DNA from: a virus
Virus record (IMG/VR): IMGVR_UViG_3300046049_000005
Span: 1-64,000 of that record
Length of the DNA stretch: 64,000 nt
Reading direction: 5' to 3' (one strand)
The notes beneath the pieces are model-generated. The model worked only from the letters and a program-made list of their open reading frames with translations. It made no database searches and was not told the DNA's origin. This document shows, piece by piece, positions 33,813 to 42,269 of this stretch. A program made the position numbers and the translations under genes. Numbering within the stretch: position 1 is the first letter of the stretch; each line of letters begins with the position of its first letter.

Positions 33813-34544
33813 ATGAACGCTAACGGAATCACCGCGACCGACGTAGATACAGAAAACAAACCATGTTCAGTAATTAACGAAAATGGGACGATAGTGTGGG
33901 CCAACAGAGTCGCTGAAGAGGAACTACGCACTACTACCGAGAACCTATTGGGGGCGAAAGTCGGGCAGTTTGTCCCCGAAATGAAAATCGATGACGGGAA
34001 AAAATTGGCGCGAGTTCTTTCCGGGGAGACGCTCAAATTCGAGCGTGAAATGCTTCGAGAGGACGGCTCCACGTTCTTTGCTGAGATTCGCGCGGAACCG
34101 ATAGAAACAGACGGAAACGTTCACTGTCTCAGCAGCTACGAAAAGACCGCTGAGTGGAAGCCTCCCAGGGAATCGTCGTCAAAGATGGAGCATCCTGACC
34201 CGACCGACATCGATGACATCCCAGAGGAAGAAATTCAAGAGATAGCACAGAACATCAGAATCGATGCGCCGAGCGGAGATATGCCGCTCAACATGATAAT
34301 ACTCGACCTACTCACCGGTCACAATGAACTGGAACAGTACAAGAACGGCTCGCTCGCTCTCTACAAGAGCATAGACCAACGACTGCAAGAAGAGAAGCAG
34401 AAGAACTCAGATGAGAAGGTAATCAAGGTTCTGAAGGCAGTCAAGCGGTCTGCGTTCGGCCTGCATCTTCGACTAAAGCGCGGCGACGAAGAGCTATACG
34501 GAAACCGAGACGGCGAATACTCGGGGTACTTCAACCCCACCTGA
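33813..34544 (+). CDS. PAS-domain protein
   Basis: N-terminal ~110 aa (VINENGTIVWANRVAEEELRTTTENLLGAKVGQFVP ... GETLKFEREMLREDGSTFFAEIRAEPI) fits the PAS-fold sequence pattern. The C-terminal half is acidic and of unknown function. Confidence 0.6.
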   Translation: MNANGITATDVDTENKPCSVINENGTIVWANRVAEEELRTTTENLLGAKVGQFVPEMKIDDGKKLARVLSGETLKFEREMLREDGSTFFAEIRAEPIETDGNVHCLSSYEKTAEWKPPRESSSKMEHPDPTDIDDIPEEEIQEIAQNIRIDAPSGDMPLNMIILDLLTGHNELEQYKNGSLALYKSIDQRLQEEKQKNSDEKVIKVLKAVKRSAFGLHLRLKRGDEELYGNRDGEYSGYFNPT

Positions 34545-34557
34545 CGTTAACGTTACA

Positions 34558-34848
34558 ATGCTTAAAGAAGTGACATTAGAGAGTACGGGTAGACACACCT
34601 ACAAAGAACCAGAGGGAGAGTTCCTTGAAGTAATAGAGAAGACGCAAAATAGCATCACGGTCCTGACGAGGGTCAACACCGATAAGGCAGATAGACTCCC
34701 ATTCGACCCTTCTGCACTAACCGTTACTGAACTAAGAGCACGAGTGGCGGGGGCGGAGCTGTCGTCGGAGGAGCGTCTTGCCCTTATCGAGGAGGAACAT
34801 GATGGAAAGGACAGAACGACGGCTATCGATGTTCTGAGAGAATCATGA
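34558..34848 (+). CDS. hypothetical protein
   Basis: 96-aa ORF with an ATGA overlap to the next gene. Confidence 0.6.
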   Translation: MLKEVTLESTGRHTYKEPEGEFLEVIEKTQNSITVLTRVNTDKADRLPFDPSALTVTELRARVAGAELSSEERLALIEEEHDGKDRTTAIDVLRES

Positions 34849-35174
34849 CTTCCGGACTGCTATACGCGGTTGACTTCGACAAGACACTCACAAAACCAAG
34901 CTCCGAGGAGTGGCGCCCTGCCGATAAGCAAGAGCCGAACGAAGAGATGATAGAAGCGGTCCGGGAGCAGTTCACCGAAGGAAAAAAGGTCGTGGTTTGG
35001 ACCGCTCGGGAATGGCGTGAGGCGTCGAAAATCGCGGGGTGGCTTACTATCCATGAGGTACCATACCACGGTCTTCGGTGCGAGAAGGGCGGAGCAGACA
35101 AATACATTGATGACAAAGCGATGACCCCTGACGAGTTCATTGGAGAAGAGGTGGTGATGCGGGTCGAAAGCTGA
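34845..35174 (+). CDS. HAD-superfamily phosphatase-like protein
   Basis: YAVDFDKTLT (DxDxT motif I), VVVWTAR (motif II-like) and a distal KGGADKYIDDKA. Confidence 0.55.
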   Translation: MTSGLLYAVDFDKTLTKPSSEEWRPADKQEPNEEMIEAVREQFTEGKKVVVWTAREWREASKIAGWLTIHEVPYHGLRCEKGGADKYIDDKAMTPDEFIGEEVVMRVES

Positions 35175-35179
35175 TAGCA

Positions 35180-35365
35180 ATGTTCACTCTCTGGATTGAA
35201 TACACAGACGTAGATGGAGATGTATCGATGAACGAATATCAGGGAGTAGAGTCGTTCAATGACCCTCCAATGACGAACAATCTCCACCTCACCTTTGGAG
35301 ATGACCGCGAAGACGAGAAATTAGGTGGCGGTAATATAATCAGAGGCAAACACGAAAATGAGTGA
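35180..35365 (+). CDS. hypothetical protein
   Basis: 61-aa ORF. Confidence 0.5.
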   Translation: MFTLWIEYTDVDGDVSMNEYQGVESFNDPPMTNNLHLTFGDDREDEKLGGGNIIRGKHENE

Positions 35366-35582
35366 CAGCGACGGACACCAACGTCCAGATACATACGTAG
35401 TCGAGATAGAAAAGCGCGTAGAAATAGACTTCCCCGAGAAGGCGGGCGAGGCACTGCGGCAGAAGGAAAGCGTCGGGAGCGTGCGGTCCGGCTTGGCTCG
35501 GATGATAGCTTCGGAAGAACGCAACGCTGTGGAACCTGAAGAAAAGCTACTGAGGCTCGAAGTAGAAGTCCATGAAGACTAA
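35358..35582 (+). CDS. hypothetical protein
   Basis: 74-aa acidic ORF overlapping both neighbours. Confidence 0.55.
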   Translation: MSDSDGHQRPDTYVVEIEKRVEIDFPEKAGEALRQKESVGSVRSGLARMIASEERNAVEPEEKLLRLEVEVHED

Positions 35583-35880
35583 AGCAACTGAGCTTGAGAT
35601 GGAGTATAAGAAAGAAAGACGCGAAACGTTCGTCCTCGATAAGGCGGAGGAAGCTGTCTACGAACGCCCCGAAGCCCACGGCGACCCCGAGGACTCCTTC
35701 GACAGAATCGCCTCGATGTGGTCCGGCTATCTCGACACCCAGATTGAGGCCTCGGATGTGGCGAACCTGATGGTTCTACTAAAGGTCGCTCGCAACGCTG
35801 AAGGGCAATATCTTGAGGACAACTGGGTCGATATAGCGGGCTACGCGGAATGTGGGGCGCGTTTACAGAGCGATGGCTGA
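35572..35880 (+). CDS. phage DUF6378/dGTP-diphosphohydrolase-N-like domain protein
   Basis: ERPEAHGDPEDSFDRIASMWSGYL...DVANLMVLLKVARNAEG...DNWVDIAGYAECGA matches, from memory, a widespread phage domain. Confidence 0.55.
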   Translation: MKTKATELEMEYKKERRETFVLDKAEEAVYERPEAHGDPEDSFDRIASMWSGYLDTQIEASDVANLMVLLKVARNAEGQYLEDNWVDIAGYAECGARLQSDG

Positions 35881-36055
35881 CGACAAGACCGCCTTTCAGC
35901 GCCTCGTCAACGAAGAGTTTGCTGAAGACCTTGCCGAAGACCTTCGGAACCTCCGAGGTGAGATGGAGGGTGGAAGGGAGATAACGATGCAGTTCTTCGA
36001 AGACGACTTGCCGACGATGATAGAAGAACTCGAAGAAATGACCGATGGAGAATAA
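35873..36055 (+). CDS. hypothetical acidic protein
   Basis: ATG at 35873 (MADDKTAFQRL) overlaps the previous stop. Confidence 0.5.
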   Translation: MADDKTAFQRLVNEEFAEDLAEDLRNLRGEMEGGREITMQFFEDDLPTMIEELEEMTDGE

Positions 36056-36233
36056 AGAAAACGCGCAATGGGCCTTTGTTTTCGAAACGTTCGACAAAGA
36101 AACGTTGCGGAAAATGCTCTTCAAGGCCGCGCTTCGGAAAGACGAAGAGGGGCGCGTTGTCATCGAATTTGATGGGGACCGCGCCATGCAAATTACTGAC
36201 CACGTGGAAGAACTCGAAAACGAAATAGAATGA
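36045..36233 (+). CDS. hypothetical protein
   Basis: 62-aa ORF. Confidence 0.5.
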   Translation: MENKENAQWAFVFETFDKETLRKMLFKAALRKDEEGRVVIEFDGDRAMQITDHVEELENEIE

Positions 36234-37225
36234 CACATACAGACACAGAGTTGAGCGGCATTGACCCCGACACCACCTTATCGGTGTCGGACTCGAAGCG
36301 CAACCAAGGGTTGAGATATTGCTCAAAGTCCAGAATTAAGCTATATCGGCAGTGCCCATATAAGTTTTTTAACAAATACTATTGCGAGGAACGCCCTCCG
36401 GGGACGATGGCAACGGAGCGCGGCTCTATTGTCCACCGCGTATTCGAGAAGTTCCATGAGAACCTGAAAGACTTCATCGAGGAATACGACAGAACGCCAA
36501 AGCGGTTCACACCGCTGATGCCGCGCACCGGAAACGAGGCGCAATTCCTTGACTACATTTCTAACTTCTGGAAATTCGAGCTACGACGGCTCGAAGAGGC
36601 GAAGCGTTCGATTAGCTTTGCTGAATCCAGAGTGCCGGGCGGCGTTATCGATGTAGACCGAGTAGTGCTGGAAGCATGGGAACCCCTCGAAGTGGAAGCG
36701 GAGTTCTGGATGGGAGAACCCCCTGAGGGGTATGAGAGAGAGCCTGACTACGTAGACCCCGAGGGACCTCCGGTAGGAGATATACCGTGGATGGGAAAGG
36801 CCGACGTTGTTCTCAACAGCGCCTCCGTTCCGGGTGTGACCGGCTCCGGTGTTACCATCCTCGACTACAAGACGGGGGACTGTCCGACGATAAAGTACGA
36901 AGGCGCGCCGTTCCTTGATGAAGTGATGGAGGAGTTGATGCTCGAAGTAGAGTTCTATGGATGGCTGTCATCCCATGCTTACGATGTAGACGCTGTTGCT
37001 ATTTACTATCCTCGGGATGACGAACTGGTCGTCGGGGAGTTCGGGGTAAAGGAGAGGCGCTTCCAGATTAAGGACGCCGCTCTGGGTATGCAAGAGCTTC
37101 CCGAGGAAATGAATGAAGATGGAGAACCAAAGAACTTCGAGCGCGACGAATCCCCGCTTTGCCATTGGGGCGATGGGAAATGTTGGTACTACGACATCTG
37201 TGAAAGCGAGGTTGGAAAAGAATAA
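36230..37225 (+). CDS. Cas4/RecB-like PD-(D/E)xK exonuclease with a Cys cluster
   Basis: N-terminal SRIKLYRQCPYKFF, core GKADVV ... ILDYKTG, C-terminal CHWGDGKCWYYDIC (four Cys typical of the 4Fe-4S Cas4 family). Confidence 0.7.
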   Translation: MTHTDTELSGIDPDTTLSVSDSKRNQGLRYCSKSRIKLYRQCPYKFFNKYYCEERPPGTMATERGSIVHRVFEKFHENLKDFIEEYDRTPKRFTPLMPRTGNEAQFLDYISNFWKFELRRLEEAKRSISFAESRVPGGVIDVDRVVLEAWEPLEVEAEFWMGEPPEGYEREPDYVDPEGPPVGDIPWMGKADVVLNSASVPGVTGSGVTILDYKTGDCPTIKYEGAPFLDEVMEELMLEVEFYGWLSSHAYDVDAVAIYYPRDDELVVGEFGVKERRFQIKDAALGMQELPEEMNEDGEPKNFERDESPLCHWGDGKCWYYDICESEVGKE

Positions 37226-37365
37226 TGAAGCTATCAGATACAGAAACGGTAGAACTCAGAGAGTATACCATTCGGAAGCTAATCGAAGAGATGCGTGGCG
37301 AGGGCTATATCGATAAGCCGGGGCGAGAGGCAATCGCCGCGAATCTGGAACAGCAACTCAAATGA
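37225..37365 (+). CDS. small hypothetical protein (46 aa)
   Basis: MKLSDTETVELREYTIRKLIEEMRGEGYIDKPGREAIAANLEQQLK. Overlaps both neighbours. Confidence 0.4.
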   Translation: MKLSDTETVELREYTIRKLIEEMRGEGYIDKPGREAIAANLEQQLK

Positions 37366-37523
37366 CGTGGCTCAGCTTCTCCTTCGTTTTTCTTCTTATC
37401 TTCCTTGTGCTGTTCGGGCCGGCCTTGATGTATCTCATCGCCTTATCGGTGATGAAGTTCATGAAGCTTTACGGACGGTGGATTGAGCTGGTGTTCGATA
37501 CGATGCAGAATGTGAAGTCTTAA
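37362..37523 (+). CDS. small membrane protein (53 aa)
   Basis: MTWLSFSFVFLLIFLVLFGPALMYLIALSVMKFMKLYGRWIELVFDTMQNVKS. Confidence 0.45.
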   Translation: MTWLSFSFVFLLIFLVLFGPALMYLIALSVMKFMKLYGRWIELVFDTMQNVKS

Positions 37524-37537
37524 TTCTCTCTAAGTTA

Positions 37538-37575
37538 CCTGTTTGGAGAAACAACGGTTCGACTCCGTTGACAGG
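37538..37575 (+). ncRNA. tRNA-like minihelix element (subfamily B, copy 2)
   Basis: CCTGT-ttggagaaac-AACGG-TTCGACT-CCGTT-g-ACAGG. The T-arm is identical to 16032-16048, while the closing stem is changed compensatorily. Confidence 0.55.
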
Positions 37576-37612
37576 CCTCCGCTCACGGTAGAGCGGGACA
37601 CGACCTATCATC

Positions 37613-37768
37613 ATGAGTGTAACTGAAACGCAAGACCTGACAGACGAAGAGAAAGAAAAACTGATACGGCTGCTGACGCTGTGTATCGAGTCTCACAAAG
37701 AGAACCTGCTGTGGTTCGATGAAGAGGACAGCGAGACGATGCGAACCATCCGCGATAAAATCCAATAA
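37613..37768 (+). CDS. small acidic protein (51 aa)
   Basis: MSVTETQDLTDEEKEKLIRLLTLCIESHKENLLWFDEEDSETMRTIRDKIQ. Its stop overlaps the next ATG. Confidence 0.45.
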   Translation: MSVTETQDLTDEEKEKLIRLLTLCIESHKENLLWFDEEDSETMRTIRDKIQ

Positions 37769-38154
37769 TGTACCCCAACATCACCCCCGAACTGAAGGTA
37801 AAGTCCACTATCAGCCACCCTCTTGAGAAAGAGAAGGTCATCGGCTTCAATGCCCGCAATGCGAAGCTCGGTCGCAAAGCCATTGTAATCAAAGAAGACT
37901 ATATTAAAGACGGTAAGGTACTGGTCCCGACTTCATGGTCCACTCATCTCATTAACGGTGACGGCGAGCTTGTCGTCCTCGATGGAGGTAATGTGCTGAC
38001 AATGACTGCCAAAGACTTCCAACAGGAGTGTAGTCTCCATAGCATCGGTGAAGGGACGCTGAAGCTCACCCTGAATTACGTTCCAGTGAACTCTCCACGG
38101 TTCCGGGCTTTTGACCGCTCCGATGTTGAAATCGGCACCTATGATTCTTTCTGA
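37768..38154 (+). CDS. hypothetical protein
   Basis: 128-aa ORF. Confidence 0.65.
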   Translation: MYPNITPELKVKSTISHPLEKEKVIGFNARNAKLGRKAIVIKEDYIKDGKVLVPTSWSTHLINGDGELVVLDGGNVLTMTAKDFQQECSLHSIGEGTLKLTLNYVPVNSPRFRAFDRSDVEIGTYDSF

Positions 38155-38617
38155 CATGGAAATCATCGATAAGGTGGGGCGAGGCGAAATAGGGTGTGAC
38201 CCCCATCCGAATCAGGAGCAGATACAGCCCGCCTCACTGGACGTTCGGATGGGAGAAGAGCTGTACCATTGCGAGGAGGGAAAAACGGAGACAGCGGGCC
38301 AGCATCCGCTGAAGCCCGGCAAGCGTTACTTGGGGCATACAAAGGAAACAGTTGAGTTGCCGGACAATATCGCCGCGCAACTGACGGGGCGCTCCACTAT
38401 CGGTCGCCTCGGTGTTATTGTCCACAAGACGGCAGGGTGGATAGACCCCGGATTCAAGGGGTCGGTCACGCTGGAATTGTTGAACATGGGTGAGAGTCCC
38501 GTCACCTTATCGGTGGGGGACAGAGTTGCACAACCCGTCTTCTTCAAGCTCGGTACCCCCTCCAGTGGATACGATGGAAAATATCAGGGACAGCAAGGGG
38601 CTACGCGGTCGAGATGA
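38141..38617 (+). CDS. dcd: dCTP deaminase/dUTPase-family protein
   Basis: MILSD start typical of Dcd. QPASLDVRMG, GRSTIGRLGVIVH, AGWIDPGFKGSVTLEL and DRVAQPVF are the conserved Dcd/dUTPase trimer motifs. Confidence 0.85.
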   Translation: MILSDMEIIDKVGRGEIGCDPHPNQEQIQPASLDVRMGEELYHCEEGKTETAGQHPLKPGKRYLGHTKETVELPDNIAAQLTGRSTIGRLGVIVHKTAGWIDPGFKGSVTLELLNMGESPVTLSVGDRVAQPVFFKLGTPSSGYDGKYQGQQGATRSR

Positions 38618-38880
38618 AACGAAGCGGCCTTATCGATGCGTTCGAGGAAACGTGGCCTCCTGAACGAGTCGTTGTTACCTGTGAAGAGTGCGACGAGGTG
38701 CTGTTGAACACCGAAAAGTCGAGGCCAACAAACTGGTCCCCGATTGGACTCACAGAGTTGGTTTGTAATTTCGTCAAAGAACATCGTAGCGTCAGGGGAC
38801 ATTCAAGCTGTGAAGTGGGGATTGTCCCTGAGCCGATTCCGCTACGAGAGATAGATTGCGACATTACGGTCAAGAAATAA
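38614..38880 (+). CDS. hypothetical protein
   Basis: 88-aa ORF with an ATGA overlap. Confidence 0.6.
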   Translation: MKRSGLIDAFEETWPPERVVVTCEECDEVLLNTEKSRPTNWSPIGLTELVCNFVKEHRSVRGHSSCEVGIVPEPIPLREIDCDITVKK

Positions 38881-38882
38881 CA

Positions 38883-39086
38883 ATGCTCAACGCAATGAAA
38901 AAAGATACGGTTAGAATAGAAGCAGAAGTAACCTGTCCCGAGTGTTCGGGTAGCGCCGAAGCAGACTTCTCCGCGAAGGATGGAGTGGTGAGGCTCAACT
39001 GCGAGAACTGCGGAAAGGTCCGAGAAGAGATAATCCAGTACGGCGGCGGAGCCGTTGTAGGTGAGAGCGATAATGGTCATCTATAA
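38883..39086 (+). CDS. zinc-ribbon protein
   Basis: CPECSG ... CENCG. ATG at 38883. Confidence 0.55.
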   Translation: MLNAMKKDTVRIEAEVTCPECSGSAEADFSAKDGVVRLNCENCGKVREEIIQYGGGAVVGESDNGHL

Positions 39087-39216
39087 GTGCGGTAACTGGG
39101 AGTACGGAGAAGAGCCTCGGAAATGCCCGCTCTGTGGTACTGAAGCCCGTGAAGAACAGCCCCGTTACGGTACGACCATCTCGATTACCTGTGATGGCTG
39201 GAGTGATATAGAATAA
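39073..39216 (+). CDS. small rubredoxin-like zinc-ribbon protein (47 aa)
   Basis: MVIYKCGNWEYGEEPRKCPLCGTEAREEQ... The last base of its stop is the first base of the polB ATG. Confidence 0.45.
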   Translation: MVIYKCGNWEYGEEPRKCPLCGTEAREEQPRYGTTISITCDGWSDIE

Positions 39217-42200
39217 TGTCAGAAAAACTATATGTGACGACAGTAGAGTCGCTGTATCCGGGCGAGACAAACTTTGACTCTGTTGTCGTCAGACTGTACG
39301 GACGGAACGCGGAGCGCGAACCACTCAGAGTGACTGTCCGGGGGTTCTCGCCGTACTTCCTCACTACCGAGGACCAAACCGATAAGGTGCAGCCGGCAGA
39401 CCACCAGGACCTTATCGAGTACGAATCCGTGGATACCATTCCGCTCTCCGAACGCTTTGACGACGAACCCTCTGACTTGGTGAAGGTCAACGTCAAATAT
39501 CCACATTCGGTGCCGCGACTCCGCGAAGAGTTCGACAAGACCTGGGGTGCTGACACCCTCTTCACCGAACGTTTTCGGATTGACCACGGCATCAAGAGCG
39601 GTGTAGAGGTTCCCACCGATAATCGGCGGGGGAATCACATCATCGTAGACAAAGACCATATTTCTCCTGTGGAGATTACCGATGTGGAACCAAGGGTGAT
39701 GACCCTCGACATCGAGACGGACGACCGTGGTTCAGGGTTCCCCGACCCCGGCGAGGCTCGGATTCTGAGCATTGCCGTCCACGACAGCTACGACGATGAA
39801 TACACGGTCTTTCTCGACCGCGACCGCGAGGATTTCGAGTCGTTCTTCGACCTGTCTCCCGTTCAGCGTGCGAAACTCGCCAACGACGACGAAGAGTTCG
39901 GGCTTGCCGACCTCGGCATCGACCAACCCGACGCGCTGAAGCACTCCCCAACCGAAAAGACCATGCTCGACCTTTTCGGGCTGTTCGTTCGGGAGAAAAA
40001 TCCAGATTTACTGACAGGATGGAATTGCGGTGACAGCAGCAATGATGGCTTCGACCTGCCCCACATCATCAAACGTATGAAGCGTGTCGGAGCCAAAGCC
40101 TCGCGCCTTTCACGAGAGTCTGAGGTAGAGATTGACGACTACAACGACCAATTCAAACCCAACATCGCGGGTCGCGCTCTCTACGACCTTATGGATGGCT
40201 GGGGCGATACGAAGTTCACTGAACCGCGCTCCTACGCTCTTGACGATGTTGCTGAAGATGCGCTCGATGATACCAAAATCGAGCATCAGGAGCAGGGGTA
40301 CTATGAGATGTACCGCGACAATCCTGTCAAATTTATTAATTACAACGTCAAAGACACCCGCCTCACCGTGGAAATCAACGAGGAAGAAGGCGTTCTGAAG
40401 TTCAAGCGTAGACTAAAGGACATCGTTGGCGTGGACTGGAGACGGACGCACGAGAACAACGAGTTCATCGAGATGGCCGTGCGTCGGAAGTGCCGAGAAA
40501 ATGGTCTTGCGATGATTACAGCCTACGACAACCCCCACGTCGGGGGCGATACCGATGAAGTAAACTACGAAGGGGCCTACGTTTTTCCTTCTTTCTCGGG
40601 ACGTAAGGAGAACGTCGTCGGCATCGATTTGGAGTCTCTATATCCTCGGACTCAGCAGATGCTCAATGTCAGTCCCGATGCCCGTATCGAAAAAGAGCGT
40701 GCAGAGCGAGAAGGGATACCGCACGTAGTTGCCGAAAACGGACAGACGTTCCGTACTGACCACGACGGAATTGTCCGTGAATTGGTTGACGACTATATGG
40801 TCCTGAAGCAGGAGTTCAAGGAAGAGCGCAATCAGGCAGAACCGGGTAGTGATAGGAGAGAGAAGTTGGCCGAATCCTATAATGTCACTAAAACGATAGT
40901 TAACTCGATATACGGTTATTCGGGGTGGAACCGTTCTCCGCTCTACAATCCACACGACGCCGCCGCTGTCACCCTTACCGGTCAGGCCGTTATCAAGAGA
41001 ACCGCGGAGTATGTCGATGAAGAAACCGAAGGAAGTGTGGCATATGGCGATTCTGTCCCTGACTTCGAGCCGGTGTACGTCCGAGTCGATGGTGACGTAG
41101 ATATACGACCTATCGAGTCTGTGCACGATAGTCTCGAACCGGGAGAGTTTGAGGTGTGGGCTGACGGTGGTTGGACTACCTGTAACGATGTGATTCGAAA
41201 GCCCAACAGGAAACAAATGTACCGTGTCAGAACAGATAACGGACTCGTCCATGTTACTGAAGACCACGGGTTAGTCCGAGATGATGGAACTGAAGTACCC
41301 CCTACGGATGTTGAACCCGGCGACCATCTATTACATACATCGCTTCAATCTGCTACCGGGGACACCAGCAACATCTCTCTCGATAAGGCGTGGCTCTATG
41401 GACTGCTCGTGGCAGACGGAACTGCAATAGGGTCACAGTTTAAAATCTGCAAAAATGATGTCGGGCTTTTGGAGAGAGCCGCGACAGCGTTAGACATCTG
41501 CTTCGGGTTCGATACAGAAATTTGTGACTACCGCGAATCGAGCGGCACCAAGCAACTTCGTGGCGGAGATAATGAATACGGTGCCGTCTCAGAGCTGGTG
41601 AGCGAACTCGAACCGAAGCTATACACTCCTGACGGGAAGAAAAGAGTTCCAAAGTCCGTGTTGAATGGGTCGTCGTGGGTGATGAAGGCGTTCCTCGATG
41701 GCTACCAAGCCGGCGACGGTGACGGAGATGAGAGATACGAAAAGAGGTTCCACCGCTCCTACACAAACAGCCACACTCTTGGTGCTGGCCTTACATACAT
41801 TCTCGACCGTCTTGGACAGGATGCCGGCGTCAATGTTCGAGATAATCACGGGAAGGAATATCCCCGGATTCATTCTCGGGAAGATGCTGGCTGTCGAACA
41901 GAAGTGCTTGAGGTTGAACCGATAGACTACGAAGGAGAGTACGTCTACGACCTCTCAACTGATTCGGAACACTTCAATGCAGGAATTGGACGAATCACAG
42001 TCCACAACACAGATAGCGTCTACTGTAAGTGGCCTGACGATTGGGGACAGATAAAGACTCTCGAAACCGTAGAGGAACATTGCGAACATCTAAACAATTC
42101 TATCTATCCTCAATTGTGTGAAAAGTACGGAATCGACCCCGAGGACAATAAGTGGCGCATGGAGCTTGAGAAGTTAGGAATGATGTTTATGGCCGGGGGG

Positions 42201-42269
42201 AAGAAGCGATACGCAAGCTCGGTTAGGTGGTCCGAGGGGATGCCCTTCAATGAGGTGTTGGTAGAATGA
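39216..42269 (+). CDS. polB: family-B DNA polymerase, N-terminal ORF (exonuclease and palm/fingers, includes an intein)
   Basis: Exo I MTLDIETD, Exo II GWNCGDSSNDGFDLPH, Exo III YNVKDTRL. Motif A GIDLESLYP, motif B KTIVNSIYGYSG. Motif C YGD|TDS is interrupted by the intein. KKRYA follows the intein. Confidence 0.9.
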   Translation: MSEKLYVTTVESLYPGETNFDSVVVRLYGRNAEREPLRVTVRGFSPYFLTTEDQTDKVQPADHQDLIEYESVDTIPLSERFDDEPSDLVKVNVKYPHSVPRLREEFDKTWGADTLFTERFRIDHGIKSGVEVPTDNRRGNHIIVDKDHISPVEITDVEPRVMTLDIETDDRGSGFPDPGEARILSIAVHDSYDDEYTVFLDRDREDFESFFDLSPVQRAKLANDDEEFGLADLGIDQPDALKHSPTEKTMLDLFGLFVREKNPDLLTGWNCGDSSNDGFDLPHIIKRMKRVGAKASRLSRESEVEIDDYNDQFKPNIAGRALYDLMDGWGDTKFTEPRSYALDDVAEDALDDTKIEHQEQGYYEMYRDNPVKFINYNVKDTRLTVEINEEEGVLKFKRRLKDIVGVDWRRTHENNEFIEMAVRRKCRENGLAMITAYDNPHVGGDTDEVNYEGAYVFPSFSGRKENVVGIDLESLYPRTQQMLNVSPDARIEKERAEREGIPHVVAENGQTFRTDHDGIVRELVDDYMVLKQEFKEERNQAEPGSDRREKLAESYNVTKTIVNSIYGYSGWNRSPLYNPHDAAAVTLTGQAVIKRTAEYVDEETEGSVAYGDSVPDFEPVYVRVDGDVDIRPIESVHDSLEPGEFEVWADGGWTTCNDVIRKPNRKQMYRVRTDNGLVHVTEDHGLVRDDGTEVPPTDVEPGDHLLHTSLQSATGDTSNISLDKAWLYGLLVADGTAIGSQFKICKNDVGLLERAATALDICFGFDTEICDYRESSGTKQLRGGDNEYGAVSELVSELEPKLYTPDGKKRVPKSVLNGSSWVMKAFLDGYQAGDGDGDERYEKRFHRSYTNSHTLGAGLTYILDRLGQDAGVNVRDNHGKEYPRIHSREDAGCRTEVLEVEPIDYEGEYVYDLSTDSEHFNAGIGRITVHNTDSVYCKWPDDWGQIKTLETVEEHCEHLNNSIYPQLCEKYGIDPEDNKWRMELEKLGMMFMAGGKKRYASSVRWSEGMPFNEVLVE
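41052..42008 (+). mobile_element. intein (319 aa) with a LAGLIDADG homing endonuclease, inserted in polymerase motif C
   Basis: The host sequence reads ...VAYGD / SVPDF...ITVHN / TDSVY... It starts with Ser and ends with His-Asn, with +1 Thr restoring YGDTDS. Internal LAGLIDADG blocks LYGLLVADGT and FLDGYQAGDG. Confidence 0.85.
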
